A stretch of 64,000 bases of DNA, from positions 1,248,001 through 1,312,000 of the forward strand of contig CAXXDV010000001.1 of NCBI GenBank assembly GCA_963674745.2, given 5' to 3'. Source of the DNA: Desulfosudaceae bacterium. Lineage in GTDB: Bacteria; Desulfobacterota; Desulfobacteria; Desulfobacterales; Desulfosudaceae. The notes under the pieces were generated by a model that did no database searches, was not told where the DNA came from, and was given only the letters and a program-made list of their open reading frames with translations. A program made the translations under genes and the position numbers. Shown here piece after piece: positions 9,274-16,836 of this stretch; the first letter of the stretch is position 1; the number at the start of each line of letters is the position of its first letter.

Positions 9274-9830
9274 AAACCGTCTCCTTGAATTAAAATACAT
9301 TTTAATTTTAATTGGTTATTAAAAACTTTAGGCCTTATAACAGAAACCACCCCCTTTCCTAGAGGAGAGGTGCGTGAAGATCCCCAGCCGTCTTTGGAGA
9401 ACACCGCGACCGAAGCAGGTGAGACTATATCTGGTTGCTGTAGTCGGGTGGAGTTCAGGGTGGGTATAATGGTGCGATGCGTTTTGTTTTGCCTGAAAAC
9501 TAAACAAGAAAAACGGTAACATGCTGATACAAAACAAAAAAATCGTCTCACACTCCATGAGCGCACCACTCCTTTCAGTAGTGCCTCAAGAACGAGTAGT
9601 AAGGCGATTTTTTATCGTCTGACAAGCAGTTCTCGTAGCTAAATTAAAAATAATTACGGTCGGAAATTATGCAAGACCAAAAGGCATTTTTTTCGTTACG
9701 TGCCGTTACGTACGAAATTACAATAATATTATCGTAGCACCCTGTTCGAGAAACCCGCGTTCATTCAGAAATCTGCAAAATCGCCCCTATAAGGATCGAC
9801 TTTTTAGCCGGATCTGGGTGCCAGGTGTCG

Positions 9831-10018
9831 GGTTTCTGTGTGTGAATTGTGTGTGAAAGTTTTTCCAAAATAAGCAAAAACGTGGAAAATTGACAAAAAC
9901 ATAGAATTTAAAAACCCAATATTTTCAGCTTCCTAATAAAAAATGAGGAGGTTAGGAAACCCGGGGGTCTTGACTGGCAGTCATGAGGTCAGGGGTTCGA
10001 TCCCCCTCAGCTCCACCA
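9831..10018 (+). repeat. att-like direct repeat copy 1 (188 bp)
   Basis: Gap-free 160/188 match to 12889-13076; tandem TGTGTGTGAA at 9837-9846 and 9848-9857. Confidence 0.92.
9974..10018 (+). pseudogene. 3' half of tRNA-Ala(GGC) (att core)
   Basis: Anticodon loop CTGGCAG, T-arm AGGGG-TTCGATC-CCCCT, ...CTCCACCA end; no 5' acceptor strand or D-arm. Confidence 0.88.
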
Positions 10019-10037
10019 AAATTCTACAATGATGAGG

Positions 10038-10076
10038 AAGGGTTAACCGAAACGGCGGTTAGCCCTTTTTCTTTTT
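10038..10076 (+). terminator. Intrinsic terminator after tRNA fragment 1
   Basis: AAGGGTTAACCG/CGGTTAGCCCTT stem plus T tract. Confidence 0.8.
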
Positions 10077-10220
10077 GTTCACTGGCTGTGTGTGAAAAAC
10101 AATTCGGTTCATGTTACGAAGTAAGAATCCGGATTTTACTTGTTTGTCTGAAGTTGATCATTTATAAATTAAAAAATTATATCCAGATGTTTCTCCTTCA
10201 AGCTCTTGGATTGGTGCACT

Positions 10221-10601
10221 GTGAAACGACGACTACAGGCCATTGGGGGATTGCTTCTATTTGTGGCGGGAACGTTGCTTATCCCTGCCATGCACAAATG
10301 GGAGCTGTCCTGTAGCCACGCCGGAACGACGGGAGGCGCCTTTCATGCGTGCTGCTCCCACGCGCATTCGTCTGATCGCAGAACGCACGGCCATTCGCGA
10401 GATTCCCATCCGGCTAAGAAACACCACGATCCGTCCACCTGCCCGATCTGTCAGATTGCGAAGATGCCGGCCAATATGCCGGCGGTTGGGGTTCCCGTGC
10501 CGCGGTTCGAGCCCGTCAAGATCGTTTTTCCGGTTGCGCCACGGCAACCGGCGTTTAAAACACCACGCCTGCTGCCCTTCTTCCGCGGGCCTCCTGCCTG
10601 A
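10221..10601 (+). CDS. DUF2946-like upstream ORF (signal peptide, His-rich, CxxC, C-terminal RGPP)
   Basis: GTG start giving MKRRLQAIGGLLLFVAGTLLIPA; 10 His; CPIC; Pro-rich tail ending FRGPPA*; directly upstream of a TonB receptor. Confidence 0.82.
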   Translation: MKRRLQAIGGLLLFVAGTLLIPAMHKWELSCSHAGTTGGAFHACCSHAHSSDRRTHGHSRDSHPAKKHHDPSTCPICQIAKMPANMPAVGVPVPRFEPVKIVFPVAPRQPAFKTPRLLPFFRGPPA

Positions 10602-10699
10602 TTCTGCACCACACATAATTACATTCATGCGCCCTACACACGTTGTGCCTTGTTGAGGTATGTGCATGGGTTGTTCCCCAACAGAATCACTTACAGGAG
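10591..10699 (+). promoter_or_regulatory. mRNA hairpin sequestering the TonB receptor Shine-Dalgarno
   Basis: CTCCTG (10591-96) pairs with CAGGAG (10694-99), and TGATTCTG (10599-606) with CAGAATCA (10682-89); inner stem 10624-32/10662-70. Confidence 0.75.
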
Positions 10700-10708
10700 T
10701 TCGTTCCG

Positions 10709-12733
10709 ATGAAGATAATATTCGTGTTTATTGCAGCTACACTATGCTGCGCATCGTTTGTTTTTGCCGAAGAACCCATCTCGCTTACGGAAATCGTGGT
10801 GACGCCGACCGGGAGCGAAAAAGAAAAATTCGATACGTCGCTGCCCGTGAACCTGTTGGAAATCAGCGACCTGGAAGATATGATCGCCATCTCAATGGGC
10901 GAAATCTTTCAGAACGAGCCCGGCGTAGATGCTGTCACCACCGGTCCGGGAAGCGTTCATCCCATGATCCGGGGGCTCTATGGAGAGCAGGTGCTGGTGC
11001 TCGTCAATGGCGTGCGCCTGTCTGAACAGCGCCCCGGAGGCAATCATGTGTTTTCTATCGACCCCGCCCAGGTTGAACGCGTCGAAGTGGTCCGTGGCCC
11101 GGCGTCGGTGCTCTACGGCTCCGATGCCATCGCCGGCGTGATCAACTATATCACGAAGCAGGCCGACGAGGAGACCACACCTGAAGCCCGTTTCGGGGGC
11201 GAAGCCGATGTGCAGTATGAGGGCGCGACGGACGGGTGGAAGGAGTCGGCGCACCTGCGTTTTGGCCAGGGCCGGTTCAACGGTTATGTCGGCGGGACCT
11301 ACAAGGACACGGGCGACATCGAGACCCCGGAAGGTGAACTTGCGAATAGCTTCTACGACGGCTATACGGTCTGGGGCGGCGGCAATTACATTGCTGACGG
11401 ATGGAAAACGTATGCCGATTATTCGTTCATGGAAGCGGACATCGCCATACCCGGCCCCGCTGCTTTTGCCGAAGACTATTTCAAAGGAGAAAAGCATCAG
11501 CGGCTGGCGCTCGGCTTTGAAAACAACGCGTTCGGCAGTGCCCCCGAGCGATATAGCATCGATTTCGGCTGGCAGCGGCATAACCGGCATCGCTACCGCC
11601 GCAAGACCGATGCGATTCCCCCTGTCGTGCAGGGCGACCTGGAAGTCAATATCTGGCTCGACATCGACACCTACACGTTAAAGCCGCAGATGGTTCTGGT
11701 TCCCGACGACACGCACTGGATAACGTTCGGGCTGGATCTGTTTTATGAAGACGCTTCATCAGACCGCACGATAAGGGACAGCGCTTCTTCGTGGGTTAAT
11801 CCGGGGTTCGACGACGTTCCTGTCATCCCCGACTCGACCCGCATGAGGATGGGTGCGTTTGTTCAGGACGAAATCGTGATAAGCGACCGCTGGGTCCTCT
11901 CGCCCGGGATCCGTGTTGACCGGATTGAGGCCAAGACGGACGGGCATCCGCGTCACCAGTTGACCGGAAAGGAGGACTCCGGGAGCAGTGCCGTGAGCGG
12001 AAATCTCGGCCTGCTTTACAAGGTAAGTAACGAGATCAACCTTTACGGCAATGTGGGTCGGGCCTTCCGTGCGCCGACCCTGTTGGAGCTGTACTTCTAC
12101 GGGCCCCATGATGTGGGCAACGACATCGGCGACCCGGACCTCGATCCCGAAACGAGCTGGAACTTCGATGTCGGCCTGAAAACCCGGACCGAACGGCTGC
12201 AAACAATGGTCAGCGTTTTCTTCAACATGGTCGACGACTATATCGTCAAAGAGAACCAGGGCGATGGAAACTACCGCTACATGAACTACGCCGAGGTCTC
12301 ACTTTACGGTGCGGAAGCAGGCCTGGAATACGAGCTGGGCGGCGGCTTCTCGACATTTGCCTCTGTTTCGTACGTGCGCGGAGAGAATGACGATACGAAA
12401 GAGGATCTTCCCGGCATTCCGCCGTTGAAAGGCCGTTACGGTGTGCGATACGATGTTGCGTTTGGCGCACAGAACGGCCTCTGGGTTGAGTTGGCCGGAC
12501 TGACCGCATCGGACCAGGACAAGACCGGCCCGAACGAACGCGAGACCGACGGCTACACACGCGGCGACCTGCGCATGGGGGTCGATCTTGGCGAGACATG
12601 GCGTTTTGTTGCAGCCGTCGAGAACTTCACCGACAGACTGTACGAGAATCACCTTTCTTCGTCCTGGCAGGAATTCGGGTTGAACGATCAGCCGGGCAGG
12701 AACATAAAGGTGATGGCCAAAGCGCGATTTTGA
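10709..12733 (+). CDS. TonB-dependent outer-membrane receptor (probable metal uptake)
   Basis: SD AGGAG, signal peptide, TonB box-like EIVVT, plug IRGL and VERVEVVRGPASVLYGS, FRAPTLLELY, LDPETS, C-terminal PGRN...ARF. Confidence 0.95.
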   Translation: MKIIFVFIAATLCCASFVFAEEPISLTEIVVTPTGSEKEKFDTSLPVNLLEISDLEDMIAISMGEIFQNEPGVDAVTTGPGSVHPMIRGLYGEQVLVLVNGVRLSEQRPGGNHVFSIDPAQVERVEVVRGPASVLYGSDAIAGVINYITKQADEETTPEARFGGEADVQYEGATDGWKESAHLRFGQGRFNGYVGGTYKDTGDIETPEGELANSFYDGYTVWGGGNYIADGWKTYADYSFMEADIAIPGPAAFAEDYFKGEKHQRLALGFENNAFGSAPERYSIDFGWQRHNRHRYRRKTDAIPPVVQGDLEVNIWLDIDTYTLKPQMVLVPDDTHWITFGLDLFYEDASSDRTIRDSASSWVNPGFDDVPVIPDSTRMRMGAFVQDEIVISDRWVLSPGIRVDRIEAKTDGHPRHQLTGKEDSGSSAVSGNLGLLYKVSNEINLYGNVGRAFRAPTLLELYFYGPHDVGNDIGDPDLDPETSWNFDVGLKTRTERLQTMVSVFFNMVDDYIVKENQGDGNYRYMNYAEVSLYGAEAGLEYELGGGFSTFASVSYVRGENDDTKEDLPGIPPLKGRYGVRYDVAFGAQNGLWVELAGLTASDQDKTGPNERETDGYTRGDLRMGVDLGETWRFVAAVENFTDRLYENHLSSSWQEFGLNDQPGRNIKVMAKARF

Positions 12734-12888
12734 AGTCGAGAAGGATGGGGGGGCGGACAACACCTGAACCGTACACGTGGAGGCCTGCGGACATGGCCTC
12801 CACCGTCCGGTCCGGGTGAACGTATTAAATTTTAAGGTCCTGAATAGAGATCAAAACAAGAACAAGGATCTGAAGGCTTCAGAAGTCA

Positions 12889-13076
12889 GGTTTCTGTGTG
12901 TGAATCATGTGTGAAAATTTTTCCAAAATAAGCTAAAACGTGGAAAATCGACCAAAATGTGAGATTTAAAAATCTTATAAATTCCGTTTCCTACAAACAA
13001 TTGAGGGGGTCAGGAAACCCGGGGGTCCAGCCTGGCAGCCATGAGGTCAGGGGTTCGATCCCCCTCAGCTCCACCA
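12889..13076 (+). repeat. att-like direct repeat copy 2 (188 bp)
   Basis: Matches 9831-10018; TGTGTGTGAA 12895-12904 plus a degenerate copy at 12906-12915. Confidence 0.92.
13032..13076 (+). pseudogene. 3' half of tRNA-Ala(GGC) (att core, probably the displaced host tRNA end)
   Basis: CTGGCAGCCATGAGGTCAGGGGTTCGATCCCCCTCAGCTCCACCA followed by a terminator and core genes. Confidence 0.88.
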
Positions 13077-13087
13077 GAAGTAAATTC

Positions 13088-13116
13088 GCCCGCCTGTCTT
13101 TCAGGCGGGCTTTTTT
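13088..13116 (+). terminator. Intrinsic terminator
   Basis: GCCCGCCTG/CAGGCGGGC stem plus T6. Confidence 0.88.
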
Positions 13117-13118
13117 AT

Positions 13119-13147
13119 TTGATATCCGTTTGCTGGTAAGTTAAAGT
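13119..13147 (+). promoter_or_regulatory. Putative sigma70 promoter
   Basis: TTGATA-17 bp-TAAAGT, ending 7 nt before ATG 13155. Confidence 0.5.
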
Positions 13148-13154
13148 TCAGTTT

Positions 13155-13577
13155 ATGAAACGAATCTGTGTCATTGACGGACAGGGCGGCGGCATCGGGG
13201 CCGCCATTATCAAGCGGTTAAAATCCGCCTTTGGCGAACGTGTGGAAATCATCGCCCTGGGCACCAATGCCATTGCCACGGCACAGATGCTCAAAGCCAA
13301 GGCCAACCGCGGGGCGTCCGGCGAAAACGCCATTACCAGAACCATAGCCGATGCAGACATTATCGTCGGCCCGAGCGGCATTGTCATGGCCCATGCCCTG
13401 ATGGGCGAAGTCACGCCGGCCATTGCCGAAGCCATATCCGGATGCCGGGCAAAAAAACTGCTGATACCCCTGTCCCAGGAAAACATGGAAATCGTCGGCA
13501 TGACCCAGGATCCCCTGCCCCATCTGCTGGACGCCATGGTGGAAATACATTTAAAAGATATTGATCGCAAGGAGTAG
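13155..13577 (+). CDS. DUF3842 family protein
   Basis: VIDGQGGGIG...ALGTNAIAT...GASGENAI...GEVTP. Confidence 0.85.
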   Translation: MKRICVIDGQGGGIGAAIIKRLKSAFGERVEIIALGTNAIATAQMLKAKANRGASGENAITRTIADADIIVGPSGIVMAHALMGEVTPAIAEAISGCRAKKLLIPLSQENMEIVGMTQDPLPHLLDAMVEIHLKDIDRKE

Positions 13578-13582
13578 TTATC

Positions 13583-13780
13583 ATGTGTGAAGCAAACGCC
13601 TATTTAAAAAAAGAGGCCGGTGACGAACTGGTGATGGAATCGGTTGATCTGGTAGAACCGGATGAAGACGGTGACGGCATTAAGCTGATCAGCATTTTTG
13701 GTGAGCAAAAATTCTTAAAAGCCCACATTCATGCCCTTTCACTGGTCGACCACAAGGTGTATTTAAAAGAAAACGTTTAA
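13583..13780 (+). CDS. cooT: CooT family nickel-binding protein
   Basis: MCEANAYL...IFGEQK...LVDHKV; SD AAGGAG. Confidence 0.8.
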   Translation: MCEANAYLKKEAGDELVMESVDLVEPDEDGDGIKLISIFGEQKFLKAHIHALSLVDHKVYLKENV

Positions 13781-13800
13781 ACCGAACCGCCGACTCATTA

Positions 13801-15528
13801 ATGAAAGTCTCGATCGCAAAAACATCCGGTTTTTGCATGGGGGTCCGCCGGGCGGTCGACATGGTCCTGGACGCGGCCAACAAATATGACGGCCCCATTC
13901 AAACCTACGGCCCGCTCATCCACAACCCGCAGGTGCTTTCCCTTCTGGAAGAGAAACGCATTTCCGTCATGGAAACCATTCCGGAAAAAGGGGCCGGCAT
14001 TGCCCTCGTCCGGGCCCACGGTGTTCCGCCGGAAAGCACCCGGGCCCTGGAACAGGCCGGGTTTACGGTGATTGACGCCACCTGCCCCCGGGTCATCAAA
14101 GTACAGACCATCATCAGAAAATATGCGGAACAGGGATACGCCTGTATTATTGTCGGGGATGAAGATCATCCGGAAGTCATGGGGCTGCTTGGTTTTGCCG
14201 GCGAAAACGGACATGCCGTCAACACGCTGGATGAAATAAAACGCCTTCCGGCATTTGAAAAAGCCATTATTGTGGCGCAAACAACGCAAAGCGTGCCTCT
14301 GTTTGAACAGGTTACCGCCTGGGCCGCCGAACACCATCCCCACTACCAGGTATTTAACACCATTTGTCCGTCTACCAGGGATCGACAGGCCGAGACAAAA
14401 CAGCTGGCGGACAAGGTAGATGTCATTATCGTGGTCGGCGGCCAGAACAGCGGCAACACCCAGCGCCTGGCCCAGATATCCGAACAAAGCGGAAAACCGG
14501 TTTTTCACGTGGAAACCAGCGCCGACCTTGACGTTAACGCCCTGGCCAAAGCCTCACACATCGGTATCACGGCCGGGGCTTCAACCCCCAACTGGATCAT
14601 CACCAAAATTTTCCGCGAACTCGAGGCGGCACATTACAAATCCAAGGGCCGCATCGCCCGCTATCTGTTCAAATTTCAACGCCTGCTGATGCTGACCAAT
14701 ATCTATCTGGCCATTGGCGCGGCTTTTTTATGTTATTGTGCGTCTCAACTCCGCTTTGCCGATCTGTCCATGCCGCATATTATCATTGCCCTTCTGTATG
14801 TTTTTTCCATGCACACCTTAAACCGCCTGACCGGCATTGAAGAAGACCGTTACAACGATCCTTATCGTGCGGTTTTTTATGAAGAGCACATGTTTCTCCT
14901 GGCCGCCATGGCTATTGCCGCCGGCGCAGTCGGGCTGCTGGTGGCCTTTACGCTCGGGCCGTTTCCATTTCTGATGCTTCTGGTCATGAGCCTGCTGGGG
15001 CTGTCATACAACCTTTTTCTGGTTCCGGACCGCTTTTCGCATTTTCGGATTCGTCGCATCAAGGACATTCCCGGATCCAAAACCCTGTTAATTTCCATGG
15101 CCTGGGGTATCGTAGTGTGCGCCTTTCCGGCGGCCGCCTCCGGATCACTCAACCTGGCGGCCGGTTTAACCGCTGCCTGGTGTATGGGTATCGTTTTCGT
15201 ACGGTCCGCTTTCTTTGATATCATTGCCATGCAGGGAGACCGGATCGCCGGAAAGGAGACCATACCCATTCTTCTGGGAGCGGACAAGGCCCTGCGGTTT
15301 TTGAAATTTGTGTTGGCCGTCCTGTTTGTTCTATTACCGGTGGGGGGGGTATTCGGTGTTGTTTCCGGTCTGGGATACGCTTTGCCGATTCTGTCCTTAA
15401 CCGGCTATGGCCTGCTTTCCGCCTACAAAAAGCAAACCCTTCAAAGCGGCAACCGGCTTGAGTTTCTGGTGGAAAGCCAGTTTGTTCTGGCCGGTCTGAT
15501 CAGCCTGGCCTGGGCCGTTCTTTTTTAA
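13801..15528 (+). CDS. ispH: IspH fused to a UbiA-like membrane prenyltransferase domain
   Basis: GFCMGVRRA, HN, RAHG, DATCP, HPE, QTT, TIC, SGNT, AGASTP, then ~290 aa multi-TM domain with NRLTGIEED and DIIAMQGD...GKET. Confidence 0.92.
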   Translation: MKVSIAKTSGFCMGVRRAVDMVLDAANKYDGPIQTYGPLIHNPQVLSLLEEKRISVMETIPEKGAGIALVRAHGVPPESTRALEQAGFTVIDATCPRVIKVQTIIRKYAEQGYACIIVGDEDHPEVMGLLGFAGENGHAVNTLDEIKRLPAFEKAIIVAQTTQSVPLFEQVTAWAAEHHPHYQVFNTICPSTRDRQAETKQLADKVDVIIVVGGQNSGNTQRLAQISEQSGKPVFHVETSADLDVNALAKASHIGITAGASTPNWIITKIFRELEAAHYKSKGRIARYLFKFQRLLMLTNIYLAIGAAFLCYCASQLRFADLSMPHIIIALLYVFSMHTLNRLTGIEEDRYNDPYRAVFYEEHMFLLAAMAIAAGAVGLLVAFTLGPFPFLMLLVMSLLGLSYNLFLVPDRFSHFRIRRIKDIPGSKTLLISMAWGIVVCAFPAAASGSLNLAAGLTAAWCMGIVFVRSAFFDIIAMQGDRIAGKETIPILLGADKALRFLKFVLAVLFVLLPVGGVFGVVSGLGYALPILSLTGYGLLSAYKKQTLQSGNRLEFLVESQFVLAGLISLAWAVLF

Positions 15529-15542
15529 ATCACGCAATTAAC

Positions 15543-16184
15543 TTATTTTGCCTGGCGGGAATCTTTGTCCCGTTTACCGAAAAACGGCGGTTCTTCTCTC
15601 TTGACCAGCCGGATGATATTGTCTTTATGCCGTGCCACCACCACCAACCCGACAATAAAGGCGCCGGCGCACAAGACCGCGCTTGATGAAAACCACCAGA
15701 CCGCCGGAGCAAGAGTAATGGCAGCGGACATGGACCCGGCCGAAACCCGGCGGGAAAAAAGGACGACCAGCGCGAACACGACTACGGCTGTCAGGCAGGC
15801 CAGGGGTGAAATGACCAGAAAGCAGCCGGCAGCGGTGGCCACGCCCTTACCGCCGCCGCTGAGTTTCGTGTACACCGGAAACATATGGCCTCCGACTGCG
15901 GCCAGGGTCGCCACGGTCATGGAAAAAGACGCCTCTGCCGGGCCCAGTTTGCCGGCCAGAAAAACCGGCAGCGCGCCTTTAACCAGATCAAGGGCCAGGG
16001 TAAACAGACCCAGCCGCATACCGGCCACCCGGGCCACATTGGTGGCGCCAATATTGCCGCTGCCTTTTTGGCGAATGTCCTGCCCTGAAAAAACCCTGGT
16101 TACCAGCACACCGGACGGAATGGATCCCATCAGATAGGCCAGTATAAATATAATGCCGTATCCGGCTAAACCTGTTATTTCCAT
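15543..16184 (-). CDS. plsY: Glycerol-3-phosphate acyltransferase PlsY
   Basis: AYLMGSIP, GSGNIGATN, GGKGVAT, RHKDNI. Confidence 0.95.
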   Translation of the reverse strand: MEITGLAGYGIIFILAYLMGSIPSGVLVTRVFSGQDIRQKGSGNIGATNVARVAGMRLGLFTLALDLVKGALPVFLAGKLGPAEASFSMTVATLAAVGGHMFPVYTKLSGGGKGVATAAGCFLVISPLACLTAVVVFALVVLFSRRVSAGSMSAAITLAPAVWWFSSSAVLCAGAFIVGLVVVARHKDNIIRLVKREEPPFFGKRDKDSRQAK

Positions 16185-16288
16185 GTGCTCACTGTTTTTT
16201 AAATTCGGTTGAAACGGTTGCTTATAACGCGTATCCTTTTTAAGACACCCTTTAATTATCAAAACCGGACAGAGAGAACAAGCCTGCC

Positions 16289-16588
16289 ATGATAAAACCG
16301 GTAAAAATTGCCATTACGGATGAGCTTGACCTGCATACGTTCCGGCCGGAAGAAGTAGAAGATCTGCTGAAAGAATACTTTACGGAATGTATTAAGCTGC
16401 ACCTTTTCACGGTAAGGGTGGTTCATGGAAAAGGAACGGGGATGTTAAAAAAACGGGTGCAGGCCGCTTTGAAAAAAAATCCCCTGGTAGTCTCTTTTTC
16501 TGACGCCCGGCCTGAAGCCGGGGGCTGGGGAGCAACCATGGTAACGCTTGATCCTTCTTTTTCTGCTGACACCGGCACAACCTGCTGA
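16289..16588 (+). CDS. Stand-alone Smr-domain protein
   Basis: LDLH, VVHGKGTG, GGWGAT. Confidence 0.9.
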   Translation: MIKPVKIAITDELDLHTFRPEEVEDLLKEYFTECIKLHLFTVRVVHGKGTGMLKKRVQAALKKNPLVVSFSDARPEAGGWGATMVTLDPSFSADTGTTC

Positions 16589-16669
16589 TCAAACCATGAC
16601 TTTCTTGTAAATAACAAAACCATGCGCGCTTTTGGATCTGTCCAAAAGAAGGCCGGCTGGAACGCTAAT

Positions 16670-16712
16670 CACATAACCACTTAAACACATAAGCGCATAA
16701 ACATTTAAGCAC
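16670..16712. repeat. Degenerate 8-bp tandem repeat (5 units)
   Basis: CACATAAC CACTTAAA CACATAAG CGCATAAA CATTTAAG CAC. Confidence 0.6.
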
Positions 16713-16763
16713 CACCATTACTTCCCGGTTTGGCTCCGGGCTGTGCCCGGTCAGGACGCCGAC

Positions 16764-16813
16764 AAAAAAAACCGGCATACCCGAAAGCTCAGATATGCCG
16801 GTTTTATTTTTTT
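16764..16813. terminator. Bidirectional terminator
   Basis: AAAACCGGCATA/TATGCCGGTTTT stem with A and T tracts. Confidence 0.8.
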
Positions 16814-16836
16814 AAGTGTTGATTAAAAACAGATTA

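Larger units (their letters stand above)
1..9830. mobile_element. Distal part of a tRNA-Ala-integrated genomic island (left end, integrase and intact tRNA outside window)
   Basis: Heterogeneous accessory genes, lower GC (20/60 G+C at 4321-4380), ending at an att-like repeat with a tRNA-Ala 3' fragment. Confidence 0.7.
9974..13038. mobile_element. Integrase-less att-bounded mini-islet (~3.06 kb)
   Basis: Lies between two CTGGCAG cores, has TGTGTGTGAA motifs near both ends (10087-10096, 12895-12904), GC-rich cargo (38/60 at 12061-12120), no recombinase ORF. Confidence 0.7.

Noticed and set aside
9837..9857. CRISPR array or microsatellite from TGTGTGTGAA repeats
   Set aside because: Only 2 adjacent copies, no spacers or cas genes; better explained as integrase arm sites. 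No CRISPR array was seen in the window.
9940..10018. Intact tRNA-Ala genes here and at 13000-13076
   Set aside because: No 5' acceptor strand or D-arm and the anticodon stem is incomplete; these are att fragments.
9983..10315. ORFs 9983..10315 and 12959..13144
   Set aside because: Translations of tRNA/att sequence running through terminators.
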